From Acidobacteriota bacterium (GTDB lineage: Bacteria > Acidobacteriota > UBA6911 > RPQK01 > DATIPO01): a stretch of DNA of 64,000 nt. Positions 29,225-38,626 of the stretch are shown here, one piece after another. The stretch is taken from assembly GCA_035471925.1 (NCBI GenBank), contig DATIPO010000203.1, positions 15,426 through 79,425 on the forward strand, given 5' to 3'. The first letter of the stretch is position 1; each line of letters begins with the position of its first letter. The notes below the pieces were generated by a model. That model searched no databases, was not told the origin of the DNA, and was given only the letters and a program-made list of their open reading frames with translations. A program made the position numbers and the translations under genes.

Positions 29225-29713
29225 TTATTCCCAGTTTTCCTTGCGGATCTCCGAGCCGTCCTCCAGGTACCAGGTATCGGAGCCGTAGTCTTTGGCCACG
29301 AAGATGAAGAAGCGGTTGAGCCGGTCGGCTTCGGCTCGAGGCATGGTGATCTGAAGCTGCACCCTGACGTCGGGGGTGAGGTCTGAGCCGCTGAAGACAA
29401 AACCTTTGGCGGGAATCTCCTCAAGTCCGAACCAAGCCGAGAGATAACCCTGGGTGAAGGTGCTTTCCCGTACGGGCAGAGGCTTCTCGGATTGCTCCAG
29501 AGTCATTTGGTAGTCGTTGATGGTCTTGGCCGGAGAACCGACCCCGATGCGGTAGTTGGATTCGGGGTCGAAGGAGGTGAAGCTGGCGGTCACCACGATC
29601 TCTTCAGTGCTGGTCTTGAGGATGGGCGCCGCCATTTCGGCACGTCCCGCGGCTGCCAAGACAAGTGCGGCGGCTGCCAAGAGAATGATCAGGAATGTCG
29701 TTTTCTGTCTCAT
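29225..29713 (-). CDS. secreted hypothetical protein
   Basis: Signal peptide MRQKTTFLIILLAAAALVLAAAG. No recognised domain. Confidence 0.45.
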   Translation of the reverse strand: MRQKTTFLIILLAAAALVLAAAGRAEMAAPILKTSTEEIVVTASFTSFDPESNYRIGVGSPAKTINDYQMTLEQSEKPLPVRESTFTQGYLSAWFGLEEIPAKGFVFSGSDLTPDVRVQLQITMPRAEADRLNRFFIFVAKDYGSDTWYLEDGSEIRKENWE

Positions 29714-29868
29714 GAGCGTCCTACCCTTGCTTTTGGTTGTTCGGTCGCAGCAAGCCGGGAAGCTGCCCGCTCCCGTTCGACGACGGCTGCCCGTGTCCTA
29801 AAGAATTTAGCCTTCTCAATGTTATACTCAATTTTGGCCTCTGTCGAAACCCCCTTGCTCCTGAAGTG

Positions 29869-30864
29869 ATGTGCGTTATGACGAAAAGTTGGACCCCTCC
29901 CGCTCAACGCTGGTGGCTGAGGTGCCTTTGGACGCTGCTGCTGGCCGTCGCCTTCACCGTCCCTCTGGCAGCCGAGAAGAAGATCGCTCTGACCTTTAAC
30001 GACCTCCCCTCGCGGGGGCCCTTCGGCTATTGGCGGCCGCGCGAGATTTCCAACAAGATTCTGCGAACCTTGGACGACCACAAAGTGCCCGCTGCAGGGT
30101 TCGTCGTGCAGGAGAGAATCGACGATTCACCCATGCTCTACGTGGTGCTCGACGACTGGGCGGAACGCGGACTCATCCTGGGCAACCAGACCTACTCGCG
30201 GGTCGACTACAACGTCCTGGAATTCCGCGACTACCTTCAGCACTTCAGGGACGGTCAGAAGGACATCGCCCGGCTGGGACGGCTCAAGAGGATCCCTTAT
30301 CGTTTTTTCCGCCCGCCTCAACTGCACTACGGCAACAGCGAGGGCAAGGTCAAAGACCTGCACCGCATGATGAGGCGCTTTGACTACCAACTGGCTCACG
30401 TCACGGTCAAGACCTCAGACCAATTCTTCATCCGTCCTTATCTGGAGCACGAGCGCGAGCCCGAAAACGTGGCCCGGCTCAAGAACCTCTTCCTGGCCCA
30501 CGTCAACCAAAGCCTGGAATATGCCGAAACCCAGTCCGAGAAGGTGTTCGGACGCAACATCCGCCACATCCTGCTGCTGCGGACCGGCATCTCCACGGCC
30601 ATGTTCCTGGGTGATTTGATCGAGTTTCTGAAGGAGAAGGGCTATTCCTTCGTGACCTTGGCCGAGGCCCTCGAGGACACAGCCTATCAAGCCGAGGACG
30701 AGTACCATGGCTCCGAGGGCCTCATTTTCATCGACCGCATCGCCGCCACCCGCGGCTTGCCCTACCAAGCCCAGGAGGGAGAGCTGCAGCGGGGAGACGT
30801 GGAGCGCTGGCTGCAAGAAATCATCGCGGAAGAGTCGAAATCCACTCAGGACCCTCCCCGCTAG
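29869..30864 (+). CDS. polysaccharide deacetylase (NodB-homology, CE4) family protein, secreted
   Basis: ALTFNDLP (TFDD-like motif 1), signal peptide WWLRCLWTLLLAVAFTVPLAA. Start ATG at 29869 or 29878; the ORF track's TTG at 29737 gives an unlikely leader. Confidence 0.6.
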   Translation: MCVMTKSWTPPAQRWWLRCLWTLLLAVAFTVPLAAEKKIALTFNDLPSRGPFGYWRPREISNKILRTLDDHKVPAAGFVVQERIDDSPMLYVVLDDWAERGLILGNQTYSRVDYNVLEFRDYLQHFRDGQKDIARLGRLKRIPYRFFRPPQLHYGNSEGKVKDLHRMMRRFDYQLAHVTVKTSDQFFIRPYLEHEREPENVARLKNLFLAHVNQSLEYAETQSEKVFGRNIRHILLLRTGISTAMFLGDLIEFLKEKGYSFVTLAEALEDTAYQAEDEYHGSEGLIFIDRIAATRGLPYQAQEGELQRGDVERWLQEIIAEESKSTQDPPR

Positions 30865-30991
30865 AAGCAGCGAGCAGCAACCATGCCCGCAGGACTTGAC
30901 TGGCCTGTGAGCCTGTTGGTCATCTTTAGGGCCTGGAAACCTGCCAAAGATTGGCTAACCATTCCCTCCTCGGCGTGTCTGGATAAGACGA

Positions 30992-31540
30992 ATGGAGTAC
31001 GAGGACGACCAATTGGTGGCGCAGATCCTGCGCGGCTCTGACTTGGCCTTCGAGCGGCTGATGAGGCGCTACGAACGCTTGGTCTTCACGGTCGCCTACG
31101 GCTACGTGGGCTGTCCCGAGCAGGCCATGGACGTGGTCCAAAACGTCTTTCTGAAAGCCCACCGAAAACTAAAATCCTACGCCGCCGGCGGACGCTTCAA
31201 AGCTTGGCTGATGCGCATCGCCGCCAACGAGAGCCTGAACTGGATCCGCTCTCAGAAACGACATCGCCATGATGCCCAAGTGCGCGAAGACATCTCTCCG
31301 GCGCCTCAGCCGGGACAGGAGCGGCTGATCATGCAACGGCAAAGAAGGGAATTGCTCTTGAGCTGCCTCAACCGGCTCAATCCGCGCCAGCGCTCAGCCG
31401 TCGTGCTTCGCTACTTCGAGGATCTGCCCATCCGCGAGATCGCGGCCTTGCTGGAATGCAGTGAGGGAGTCGCCAAGAACATCCTCTTCCGCAGCCTCAA
31501 GAAAATGCGCGAAGACGTGGCCCAAAGGGAGGCCTGCTGA
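30992..31540 (+). CDS. ECF (sigma-70 family, group IV) RNA polymerase sigma factor
   Basis: Region 2 (FERLMRRYERLVFTVAYGYVG...DVVQNVFLKAH) and region 4 (LPIREIAALLECSEGVAKNILFRSLKKM). Confidence 0.8.
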   Translation: MEYEDDQLVAQILRGSDLAFERLMRRYERLVFTVAYGYVGCPEQAMDVVQNVFLKAHRKLKSYAAGGRFKAWLMRIAANESLNWIRSQKRHRHDAQVREDISPAPQPGQERLIMQRQRRELLLSCLNRLNPRQRSAVVLRYFEDLPIREIAALLECSEGVAKNILFRSLKKMREDVAQREAC

Positions 31541-32526
31541 TGACATCCTGCTCAGACTTTGAAGACCTGTTTCAGTCGCTTCTGGCCGGAGAACAACTCA
31601 GCCAAAAGCACCTCGAAGATCTTGAGGGCCATGCCCGCCAGTGTCCCCAGTGCCGGGGTCTGCTGGAGCTGCACCGGGAACTGGGCCAGCAAGGGGCCGA
31701 TTTGGCGGGTGTGTCCGAAAGCCGCTTCGCTTCCATGCGCCGCCGGGTTCTGGCCCAGACCGCGGGTAAGACAAAGGCCGCCGCAGCAAGCGCATTCGAG
31801 GATCCGGCGGCGGCCCGGCAAGCGGAAGCTTCGAGACCTCGACGCTACTCGCCGGCTTGGGCTGTTGCAGCCGGATTGCTGCTCCTGCTGGGAGGCGCCT
31901 TGCTGGGGCGGATGTCAGTTGCCGAAGCACCCTTCCAGAACCTCGCAGGAATGTCCCAGGATCCCTCTCTGATCCGCGAAATCAGCCAGGAAGCTGAAGG
32001 CAACGACGATTTCTCCGATGCCGAAGACTCGCCCTTCATCTATTCGGACGTGAAATTCCGCCCCTTGGATGACGGGCAGGTCGCTCTCAGCTTCAACGTG
32101 GCCCGCCATGTCGAAGTGATCGAACCCGTCGACTCGCCTTTGGTCAAGGAGGTCCTCGTGCAGTCGCTGCTGGTGCGCGGCGAATCAGAGTCGCTGGGCT
32201 CGCGCCTCAAGGCTGTTTCGCTGGCGTCCCAGACCATGGACCCCAAGGTGCGGCAGGCTCTGACCTTCGCCATGCATCACGACGACAGTCTGGCCGTGCG
32301 CCAGAAAGCCCTGTCCATTCTCGCCGAACTCCCCGTGGACGCCGACCTGGAGGAAGCCTTGTTGCAGACGCTGCGCGAGGACCCCTCGGTGCAGATGCGT
32401 CTGCTGGCGCTGGAAGTGATGGGACGCCGTGAGATGGACTCGGAGACGCTGCGCGAGGCCATTAGCGAATTGGAGCAGCGGGGCGACCGGGCTCTTCTAC
32501 TCAAAGCCACCGAATTCCGCCAATGA
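31540..32526 (+). CDS. anti-sigma factor (zf-HC2 type, single TM, C-terminal HEAT/ARM-like repeats)
   Basis: HARQCPQCRGLLELH zinc-finger anti-sigma motif; TM WAVAAGLLLLLGGALLG. Start overlaps the sigma factor stop (ATGA). Confidence 0.65.
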   Translation: MTSCSDFEDLFQSLLAGEQLSQKHLEDLEGHARQCPQCRGLLELHRELGQQGADLAGVSESRFASMRRRVLAQTAGKTKAAAASAFEDPAAARQAEASRPRRYSPAWAVAAGLLLLLGGALLGRMSVAEAPFQNLAGMSQDPSLIREISQEAEGNDDFSDAEDSPFIYSDVKFRPLDDGQVALSFNVARHVEVIEPVDSPLVKEVLVQSLLVRGESESLGSRLKAVSLASQTMDPKVRQALTFAMHHDDSLAVRQKALSILAELPVDADLEEALLQTLREDPSVQMRLLALEVMGRREMDSETLREAISELEQRGDRALLLKATEFRQ

Positions 32527-32589
32527 CGGCGCTTTTGGATCGAATTTGAACACACCTACATTTAACCGAAATAGACGGAGGAGAAAGCC

Positions 32590-33765
32590 ATGATGAACTT
32601 GAAACGATGGACCTTAACCGCACCGATAGGGGTGCTCATCCTATTGCTGTCGGCGGCCTTGCCGCTGATGGCCCAGCAGCAGAAGAGCCTTAACGCCTCG
32701 CCTGGGCAGATCCTGATACTCGATTTGCAGGCGGGAGGCTCGGCCCGGGTGACCGGCTGGGACCGCAACCAGGTCCTGGTCAGCTATGATGTGCGCGATG
32801 GCCGGCCCTCGGACTTCAACATCGAGATCGAGGAGACCTCTCAAGGCGTGCTCGTTCATTCCGAATATGTGGGCTCGTCGCGGACCTGGTCGAGCAATAT
32901 GAGCTACGACATCCGTGTACCCCGCCAGTACAACATCGAACTTGACTCCATGGGCGGCGGACTGTCGGTGAACGACGTGGAAGGCCGCTTCACGGGCAAG
33001 ACCATGGGCGGCGAGCTCAACTTCCGCAACGTGCGGGGAGAAGCCGACATGAAGACCATGGGCGGCGAAATCCACTTGGAGGACTCCGACCTCGACGGGA
33101 CGCTCAAGACCATGGGCGGCGAGGTGCTGCTGAAGAACGTCACGGGCGACGTGACGGGCAGTTCGATGGGCGGCAACGTCCGCTATGTCAACGTCCGCCG
33201 CCGGGACGGCTCGCTGGCCGGACCCAAGGGAACTTCCGGCGTCCCGGCCACTCCTGAGACCGTACAGATCTCGACCATGGGCGGCAAGATCGATGTCGAC
33301 GAGGCCCCCGCCGGAGCTTCCGTGCGCACCATGGGCGGAGACATCGACATCCGCAGCGCCTCGCGCTTCACCCGCGCGCGCACGCTGGGCGGCGACGTCT
33401 ACGTCGAATCCCTGGACGGATGGGTGGAGGCTGGGACCAACGGCGGCGATGTCGAGGTGCACGTCCTGGGTACGGGAGGCGACCAGCACATCGACCTGAC
33501 TTCCCTGTCCGGCGACATTATCCTCTATCTCCCGGCTGATTTCTCGGCCGACTTCGATCTGGAAATCGCCTATACCCGCGACAGCGGAAAGCGTTACCGG
33601 GTCATCAGCGACTTCGGCATCCGTCAGCGCAGCGATACGGGCCAATGGGATTACTCCAAGGGCAGTCCCCGCAAGTACATCCTGGGAAGCGGTTCGGTCA
33701 ACGGGGGAGCCAACCCGGTCCGCATCAAGACCATCAACGGCAACATCACCATTCGCCAGCAGTGA
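32590..33765 (+). CDS. secreted DUF4097-like ('toast-rack' / putative adhesin) beta-helical repeat protein
   Basis: Signal peptide plus more than 8 degenerate repeats of the K/RTMGGE(L/I)... unit, the recurring TMGG-D/E-I/V motif typical of DUF4097. This gene-order position downstream of an ECF sigma/anti-sigma pair is common for the family. Confidence 0.6.
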   Translation: MMNLKRWTLTAPIGVLILLLSAALPLMAQQQKSLNASPGQILILDLQAGGSARVTGWDRNQVLVSYDVRDGRPSDFNIEIEETSQGVLVHSEYVGSSRTWSSNMSYDIRVPRQYNIELDSMGGGLSVNDVEGRFTGKTMGGELNFRNVRGEADMKTMGGEIHLEDSDLDGTLKTMGGEVLLKNVTGDVTGSSMGGNVRYVNVRRRDGSLAGPKGTSGVPATPETVQISTMGGKIDVDEAPAGASVRTMGGDIDIRSASRFTRARTLGGDVYVESLDGWVEAGTNGGDVEVHVLGTGGDQHIDLTSLSGDIILYLPADFSADFDLEIAYTRDSGKRYRVISDFGIRQRSDTGQWDYSKGSPRKYILGSGSVNGGANPVRIKTINGNITIRQQ

Positions 33766-34026
33766 ACTGGCTGTTTCCTCATCTACAGGGCTGACCGATC
33801 TCTGCACAAGATCCTTGGCATGATCGGTCAGCCCGTCCTTCAGACCCGCCTGACCACCCGACTGAAGAGCTTGGCCAAGCCGCTCAAAGTCCCGCCTGTC
33901 CCCGCTTCCCGCCGGATTGCTCGTGAAGCATGCCTTGCCTAGGCTGCGGTTGCGCTATTGCATTAAGCAATGAGCCTGGGAATCGGAGGGCGTAGTTTCC
34001 GGGTTCGAACTCAAGGAGCAATCACC

Positions 34027-34410
34027 ATGAAGGACAAGACCAATCTCTACTCTCTGCTCATGCTGTGTCTGCTGGCCGCGGTGACCGCCGTGGGCGTGCT
34101 GACCGTGGCCCAACCGGCTGAAGCCGCCATTGGCGGCGGCTGGGACTGCCCCACCGCCAACTGCTCAGGCGGTTTTTTTACGGCCCAATCGTGGGGCAAG
34201 GCCTCCGACTGTCAGACGGCGCGGTCCAGGTGCACCTTGGGTGTCTACGGAGACGCTCACCGCATCTGCGAAAAAAAGATCACCTCCAACGGCGAGCCCT
34301 GCGATTTCCAGCCCATCAGTTACAGCAACTGCTACTGGTCGAACGGAATGTGGGTCGTCGACTGCGTCATGCAGCACCGCTGTGAGATCTGCCAGTTCTC
34401 GCTGAGCTAA
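34027..34410 (+). CDS. small secreted cysteine-rich protein (12 Cys in a ~95-aa mature region)
   Basis: AAGGAG RBS 9 nt upstream of ATG 34027. Signal peptide MKDKTNLYSLLMLCLLAAVTAVGVLTVAQPAEA, then a Cys-rich body (CPTANC...CEIC). No recognised family. Confidence 0.5.
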   Translation: MKDKTNLYSLLMLCLLAAVTAVGVLTVAQPAEAAIGGGWDCPTANCSGGFFTAQSWGKASDCQTARSRCTLGVYGDAHRICEKKITSNGEPCDFQPISYSNCYWSNGMWVVDCVMQHRCEICQFSLS

Positions 34411-34424
34411 GCTGAGCCCGTCGT

Positions 34425-34446
34425 GGGAGGGGAGCCGTCCCCTCCC
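34425..34446. terminator. bidirectional stem-loop (GGGAGGGGA-gccg-TCCCCTCCC) between convergent genes
   Basis: Perfect 9-bp GC-rich stem immediately after the Cys-rich gene stop and before the convergent Rieske gene end. No clear T-tract, so the intrinsic-terminator call is tentative. Confidence 0.4.
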
Positions 34447-34506
34447 GCGACCCTGCTTCCAGACTTGTGCCCGCGAAGTTCGAGGGCCGCTGACCGCAAG
34501 CTGAAC

Positions 34507-34920
34507 CTAACCGGCGGCAGATTCCGGACGGGAAACGATGACTTGATCCTCCTCGACTCTCACCGGGAAGCTCTGTAAAGGGACAACGGGAGGACCGCCC
34601 ACAATGCGGCCCTGCAAGTCGAAACGCCCGTCGTGACAAGGGCAGAAAAGATCTCGCTGTTGAGACCGGAATTCCACCGTGCAGCGGCCATGGGTGCAGT
34701 CGGCGGCCACGGCATAGTAGCGTCCGGGCGTGGCGTGCACGAGAAGAGCCAGGACGTGTCCGTAGCGGAACTTCTTGGAGGAGCCGGGGGCGACTTCGCC
34801 CACTTGGGCGGCTACCACCTGTCGGGGAAGCTGGGGAGGTCCGCAGGCGGCCGCCGCGGCCGAGCCCACTACGAGCTGGAGAAGACGCCGCCTGGGAATT
34901 TCGCGTTTGGAATCTGACAT
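34507..34920 (-). CDS. Tat-secreted Rieske [2Fe-2S] domain protein
   Basis: Twin-arginine leader MSDSKREIPRRRLLQLVVGSAAAAA; Rieske boxes CTHGRC and CPCHDGRF. Confidence 0.75.
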   Translation of the reverse strand: MSDSKREIPRRRLLQLVVGSAAAAACGPPQLPRQVVAAQVGEVAPGSSKKFRYGHVLALLVHATPGRYYAVAADCTHGRCTVEFRSQQRDLFCPCHDGRFDLQGRIVGGPPVVPLQSFPVRVEEDQVIVSRPESAAG

Positions 34921-35105
34921 GCCCGCATTGTAACCAATGACGCTACGCAAGCAGGGCTTCTCGTGCTGGCTCCGGGGCTGTCGTACCCTCATCTCCGTTC
35001 AAGCCGGGCTGCTTCCCGCTCTTACGGTGGCCCTGGTTCTCCCGCGCTCAGAAAGACGGATCAATGAGGTTGCCCTCCGTTCTCTCTGCGGCTCGCCGGC
35101 ACCGG

Positions 35106-36365
35106 CTAGCGCTGGGAAGGTTTCGAGACGGGGATCAGGACCCGGGCGGCCAGGGGTTGGTTCTCTGCGGTGCGGGCTTGGATGGGAGTACCTTCCTGGC
35201 CCAAAGCGGTGATCTGCATGTCTTCGCCTTCGATTTCGACCAGCAGGAAATGAGGCTCGGGCGACCACAGGGCCATGCCGTGTTTCTCCAAGTCGTCGAC
35301 GATGTTCTTGTCGCGGGTGTCGGCGCCGCCGCCGCTGATGATGTAGCGGATGCCCCCGGTTCGCTCAGGGTCACTGACCTGAAGGTTATGCTCGTGACCG
35401 TTGAAGATGACCTGCACGCCGCTCTCTCCCAGCAGCGCTTCGACGTAGTCGAAGCGCTGATCGCGGTCTTCGTAGCGGGGTCCGGCGTTGTAGAGAGGGT
35501 TATGGAAGACGGCCACCCTCCAAGGGAGCCGGGCTGTTGCAAGGGTTGCCTTCAGCCACTGGTGCTGGGCCCCGCGTTCCCGGTAGATAAATCCCTCTTC
35601 CGACCCTTTGTGCCGGGTGCTGTCAAGGATCCAGAACTGGGCCAGATCGGCGAAGGTAAAGGCATAGTAACGTCCAGTGGAGCCTTCGAGGCTGTCGGGA
35701 GGGGGCAGAAAGAAATTGTCCAGGTAGACGGGCAGATCATCGCCCCGTTCACTTTCACTGCCGTCGTGATTCCCCAAGGCCGGATAGAAGGGCACCCGCA
35801 AGAGCAGTTCGCGGTAGGGCCGGAAAAAGCGCTTGTGCCAGTCCTTGTCGCGTTTGCCGGTGTGGCGCTGGTAGAAAAAACTGCCGTAGATGTTGTCGCC
35901 GGTTGTGAGCACGAAGCGAACGGGATTGCCCTCTTGCTCCTGGCTTCGAAGGGTCCTGAACATGACCTGTCCCAGGCGGCTTTGAGTGTCGTTGCCCTTG
36001 CCGTAGTCGCCGATGACCAAAAACGCTACACGCCGGGCCTTCAAGGGGGAGGTCCGCAGGGTCGATTGGGCCAGCAGCCGCTCTCCCAGCCGGACCCGGT
36101 AAGCGTACGGGCGATCGGGTTCGAGTCCCTCGATCACCGTCCAACTGCGCTCCTCCTCCGACATCCGCCGTCCGTCGATCTCGACCTCTACGCGTCCCAG
36201 GGGACGCGCCTGGCGTCCGATGGTGTTGCCGCGGCCCTCGGTTGAGCCCCAGGCCAAACGGGCCGAGTGGGAGGTGAGGCCGGTGATGTAGACGAACGTC
36301 CGCTCTTGGGCTCGCACCAGACCGCAGGTCAGCAACAGCAGGGTAACCGTTTGAAGCTTTCGCAT
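35106..36365 (-). CDS. secreted calcineurin-like metallophosphoesterase (purple-acid-phosphatase-like, with N-terminal FN3-like domain)
   Basis: GDYGKG / GDNIY / GNHD / GHEH metallophosphoesterase motifs. Signal peptide MRKLQTVTLLLLTCGLVRA. Confidence 0.7.
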   Translation of the reverse strand: MRKLQTVTLLLLTCGLVRAQERTFVYITGLTSHSARLAWGSTEGRGNTIGRQARPLGRVEVEIDGRRMSEEERSWTVIEGLEPDRPYAYRVRLGERLLAQSTLRTSPLKARRVAFLVIGDYGKGNDTQSRLGQVMFRTLRSQEQEGNPVRFVLTTGDNIYGSFFYQRHTGKRDKDWHKRFFRPYRELLLRVPFYPALGNHDGSESERGDDLPVYLDNFFLPPPDSLEGSTGRYYAFTFADLAQFWILDSTRHKGSEEGFIYRERGAQHQWLKATLATARLPWRVAVFHNPLYNAGPRYEDRDQRFDYVEALLGESGVQVIFNGHEHNLQVSDPERTGGIRYIISGGGADTRDKNIVDDLEKHGMALWSPEPHFLLVEIEGEDMQITALGQEGTPIQARTAENQPLAARVLIPVSKPSQR

Positions 36366-36437
36366 CGCTTTTCCTATAGTACGGTAATGAAGCATGGGCG
36401 GACACCGGGATGGCGGAAAACGGGGAGTGGAGGAGCG

Positions 36438-37499
36438 ATGATAAACCTCTTCAAGTCAGCCTGTCTGGCGACGCTGCTCCTTTTCTTGGGGGCCTGCGGG
36501 GATGGCCGTCCAGCGGCAAGGGGGCAGCAAGACGATCAACCCGAGGAGGCGCTGGTCACAGTCTATTCCCACCGCGGCTTCGAGGCCGACCAGGAGCTTT
36601 TCCAGCGCTTCAGCGAGCGGACGGGGATCGAGGTCCGCGTGGAGCGGGGCGGGGCCGACGACCTTATTCGGAGATTGCAGCAGGAAGGCCTGGAGTCTCC
36701 GGCCGACATCCTGATGACGGTTGATGCCGGACGCCTCCACCGGGCCAAGACGGAGGGTCTGTTTCAGCCCGTCCGCTCCAAGGTCTTGGAGGCCAACATC
36801 CCCGTCCACCTGCGCGACCCGGCGGGAGAGTGGTTCGGACTCACCAAGCGGGCCCGCGTCATTGCCTACGCGCGGGAACAAGTCACTCCCGGGCAGCTTT
36901 CCAGCTACGAAGACTTGGCTGATGCCCGGTGGAAGGGCAGGATCCTGACCGGATCGGCGGACAACATCTTCACCCAGTCGCTCCTGGCCTCCATCATTCT
37001 GGTCCACGCCCGGCGCGAGGCCGAGGCTTGGGCCCGCGACGTGGTCGCTAACATGGCCGGACCGCCTCCCGCCGACGACCGCGGCCGGATTATGGCGCTG
37101 GCCTCCGGCGAGGCCGATCTGGCCTTGGTCAACACCTATTCGCTGGCTCTGATGTTGAAGTCGGGCAACCCTCGCGAGACTGAGGCCGCCCGGGCGATCG
37201 GTGTCGTCTTTCCCAACCAGCAAGACCGGGGAGCCCACGTCAACATCAGCGGCGCCGGGGTGGCCCGCCACGCTCCCCATCCCGGCAATGCCGTCCGCCT
37301 TCTGGAGTTTCTGAGCGGGGAAGAGGCTCAGCGAGTTTTCGCCTCATCTAACTGCGAGTACCCGGTCAAGGAAGGCGTGGAGTGGGCCGAGCCTCTTCAG
37401 GAGTGGGGGCGATTCCGCGAAGACCAACTCAGCCTCACCGTGGTAGGCGTCTACAATGCCGAAGCCGTGGAGATCATGGGGGAAGTCGGCTGGCCTTGA
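36438..37499 (+). CDS. periplasmic solute-binding lipoprotein, ferric-iron (FbpA/AfuA) type ABC substrate-binding family
   Basis: Lipobox LLLFLGACG after MINLFKSACLATL; SBP_bac_1-like two-lobe architecture. No cognate permease or ATPase adjacent. Confidence 0.6.
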   Translation: MINLFKSACLATLLLFLGACGDGRPAARGQQDDQPEEALVTVYSHRGFEADQELFQRFSERTGIEVRVERGGADDLIRRLQQEGLESPADILMTVDAGRLHRAKTEGLFQPVRSKVLEANIPVHLRDPAGEWFGLTKRARVIAYAREQVTPGQLSSYEDLADARWKGRILTGSADNIFTQSLLASIILVHARREAEAWARDVVANMAGPPPADDRGRIMALASGEADLALVNTYSLALMLKSGNPRETEAARAIGVVFPNQQDRGAHVNISGAGVARHAPHPGNAVRLLEFLSGEEAQRVFASSNCEYPVKEGVEWAEPLQEWGRFREDQLSLTVVGVYNAEAVEIMGEVGWP

Positions 37500-37764
37500 C
37501 GGCAGGGCGGTTATCCCCTCCATTGTGCGATTTGCCCCAGGGCACGCCCGAGCCCGAACTGGGGAGCCGCGATGCTGGAAGCGGTAGACACCGCCAATGT
37601 TTCATTGCCGCCGCTCCGCATGACCAGCATCGGCTTGTCCTCGTCAGTCTTGCCTGGCCTTTCGCCCGTTTCTGTCGGGCACCCCTTCACGCCGTAATGG
37701 CTCCATGATTGCTTGCCTGTTTCTTGGGTTACTCAAGACACTATTGCTCCCGAGGAGGAGCCTC

Positions 37765-38457
37765 ATGAGATATTCGAAATTGCTCGCCTGTTCGTTGTTC
37801 GCGATGGCCTTGGCGCTCTCGCTGATCGTCGTGGCAGCCCAGTCCGAGGGTAAGGCCTGCCCCTATCAGCCGACCGTCCAGCAAGAGCAGCCGCAGGCGC
37901 AGCCTGCACAGGGCCGGCCCATGTACGGAAGACAAGGCCAGGGGCAACGGCATCGTCACGGACAGGGCCATCATGGACAGGGCGCGGGTCAACGCTGCGA
38001 TAATCCCAATTGCCAACACCGCGGAGCGGGTCCAGGCCAATGTCCGGATTGTCCTCAGGGGATGATGAACGATCCTGACCATCAGGACTTCCGCTTCTTG
38101 CTCGACAACCGCCAAGCCATCGACCGCCAAGTGCACCAGTTGGAGAATGGGGTGGAGACTCTGACCGAGTCAGACGATCCTCAGGTGGCGGCCCGCATAC
38201 GCAAGCATGTCAGGGCCATGTACCAGCGCCTCGAAGAGGGGCGTCCGATCCATGCCCGTGACCCGCTTTTCGCCGAAATCTTCCGCCATGTCGACCAGAT
38301 CGACCTGGAAATGGAGGACACTGAGAAGGGGATCCGCGTGCGGGAGACCGCGGCCGATCCGCAAGTGGTCAAGCTCATCAAGGCCCACGCCGAGGTGGTC
38401 AACCTCTTCATCGAGAACGGCCACGCCGAGATGCACCGCAATCACGAGGTGCCCTGA
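37765..38457 (+). CDS. secreted protein with a His/Gly/Gln-rich, Cys-containing N-terminal region and a helical C-terminal domain
   Basis: Signal peptide MRYSKLLACSLFAMALALSLIVVAAQSEG, then ...GQGQRHRHGQGHHGQGAGQRCDNPNCQHRGAGPGQCPDCPQG... GAGGAGG RBS. Confidence 0.5.
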   Translation: MRYSKLLACSLFAMALALSLIVVAAQSEGKACPYQPTVQQEQPQAQPAQGRPMYGRQGQGQRHRHGQGHHGQGAGQRCDNPNCQHRGAGPGQCPDCPQGMMNDPDHQDFRFLLDNRQAIDRQVHQLENGVETLTESDDPQVAARIRKHVRAMYQRLEEGRPIHARDPLFAEIFRHVDQIDLEMEDTEKGIRVRETAADPQVVKLIKAHAEVVNLFIENGHAEMHRNHEVP

Positions 38458-38626
38458 GCCGGCCTGCCTTAAGACTGCATTTGGACCCGCTTGGGCAGGG
38501 CGCCTGCCGCATGGCATGATCAGAAGCCTCCTGGGTCGTCGGGTGCATTCCAAGGCATCCTGACGACATCGCAGGGGAGCTTTCTCCCTTGGCGGGGCCC
38601 TGTGGGTGCAGGGTGCCAGGCGAGGA

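Noticed and set aside
32641-33807. 388-aa ORF on the minus strand
   Set aside because: Exact mirror of the DUF4097 repeat gene; its repetitive nature creates a long antisense frame.
34130-34405. Overlapping small ORFs in and opposite the Cys-rich gene
   Set aside because: They are alternative frames of the same high-GC stretch. Only the frame with a signal peptide and RBS is plausible.
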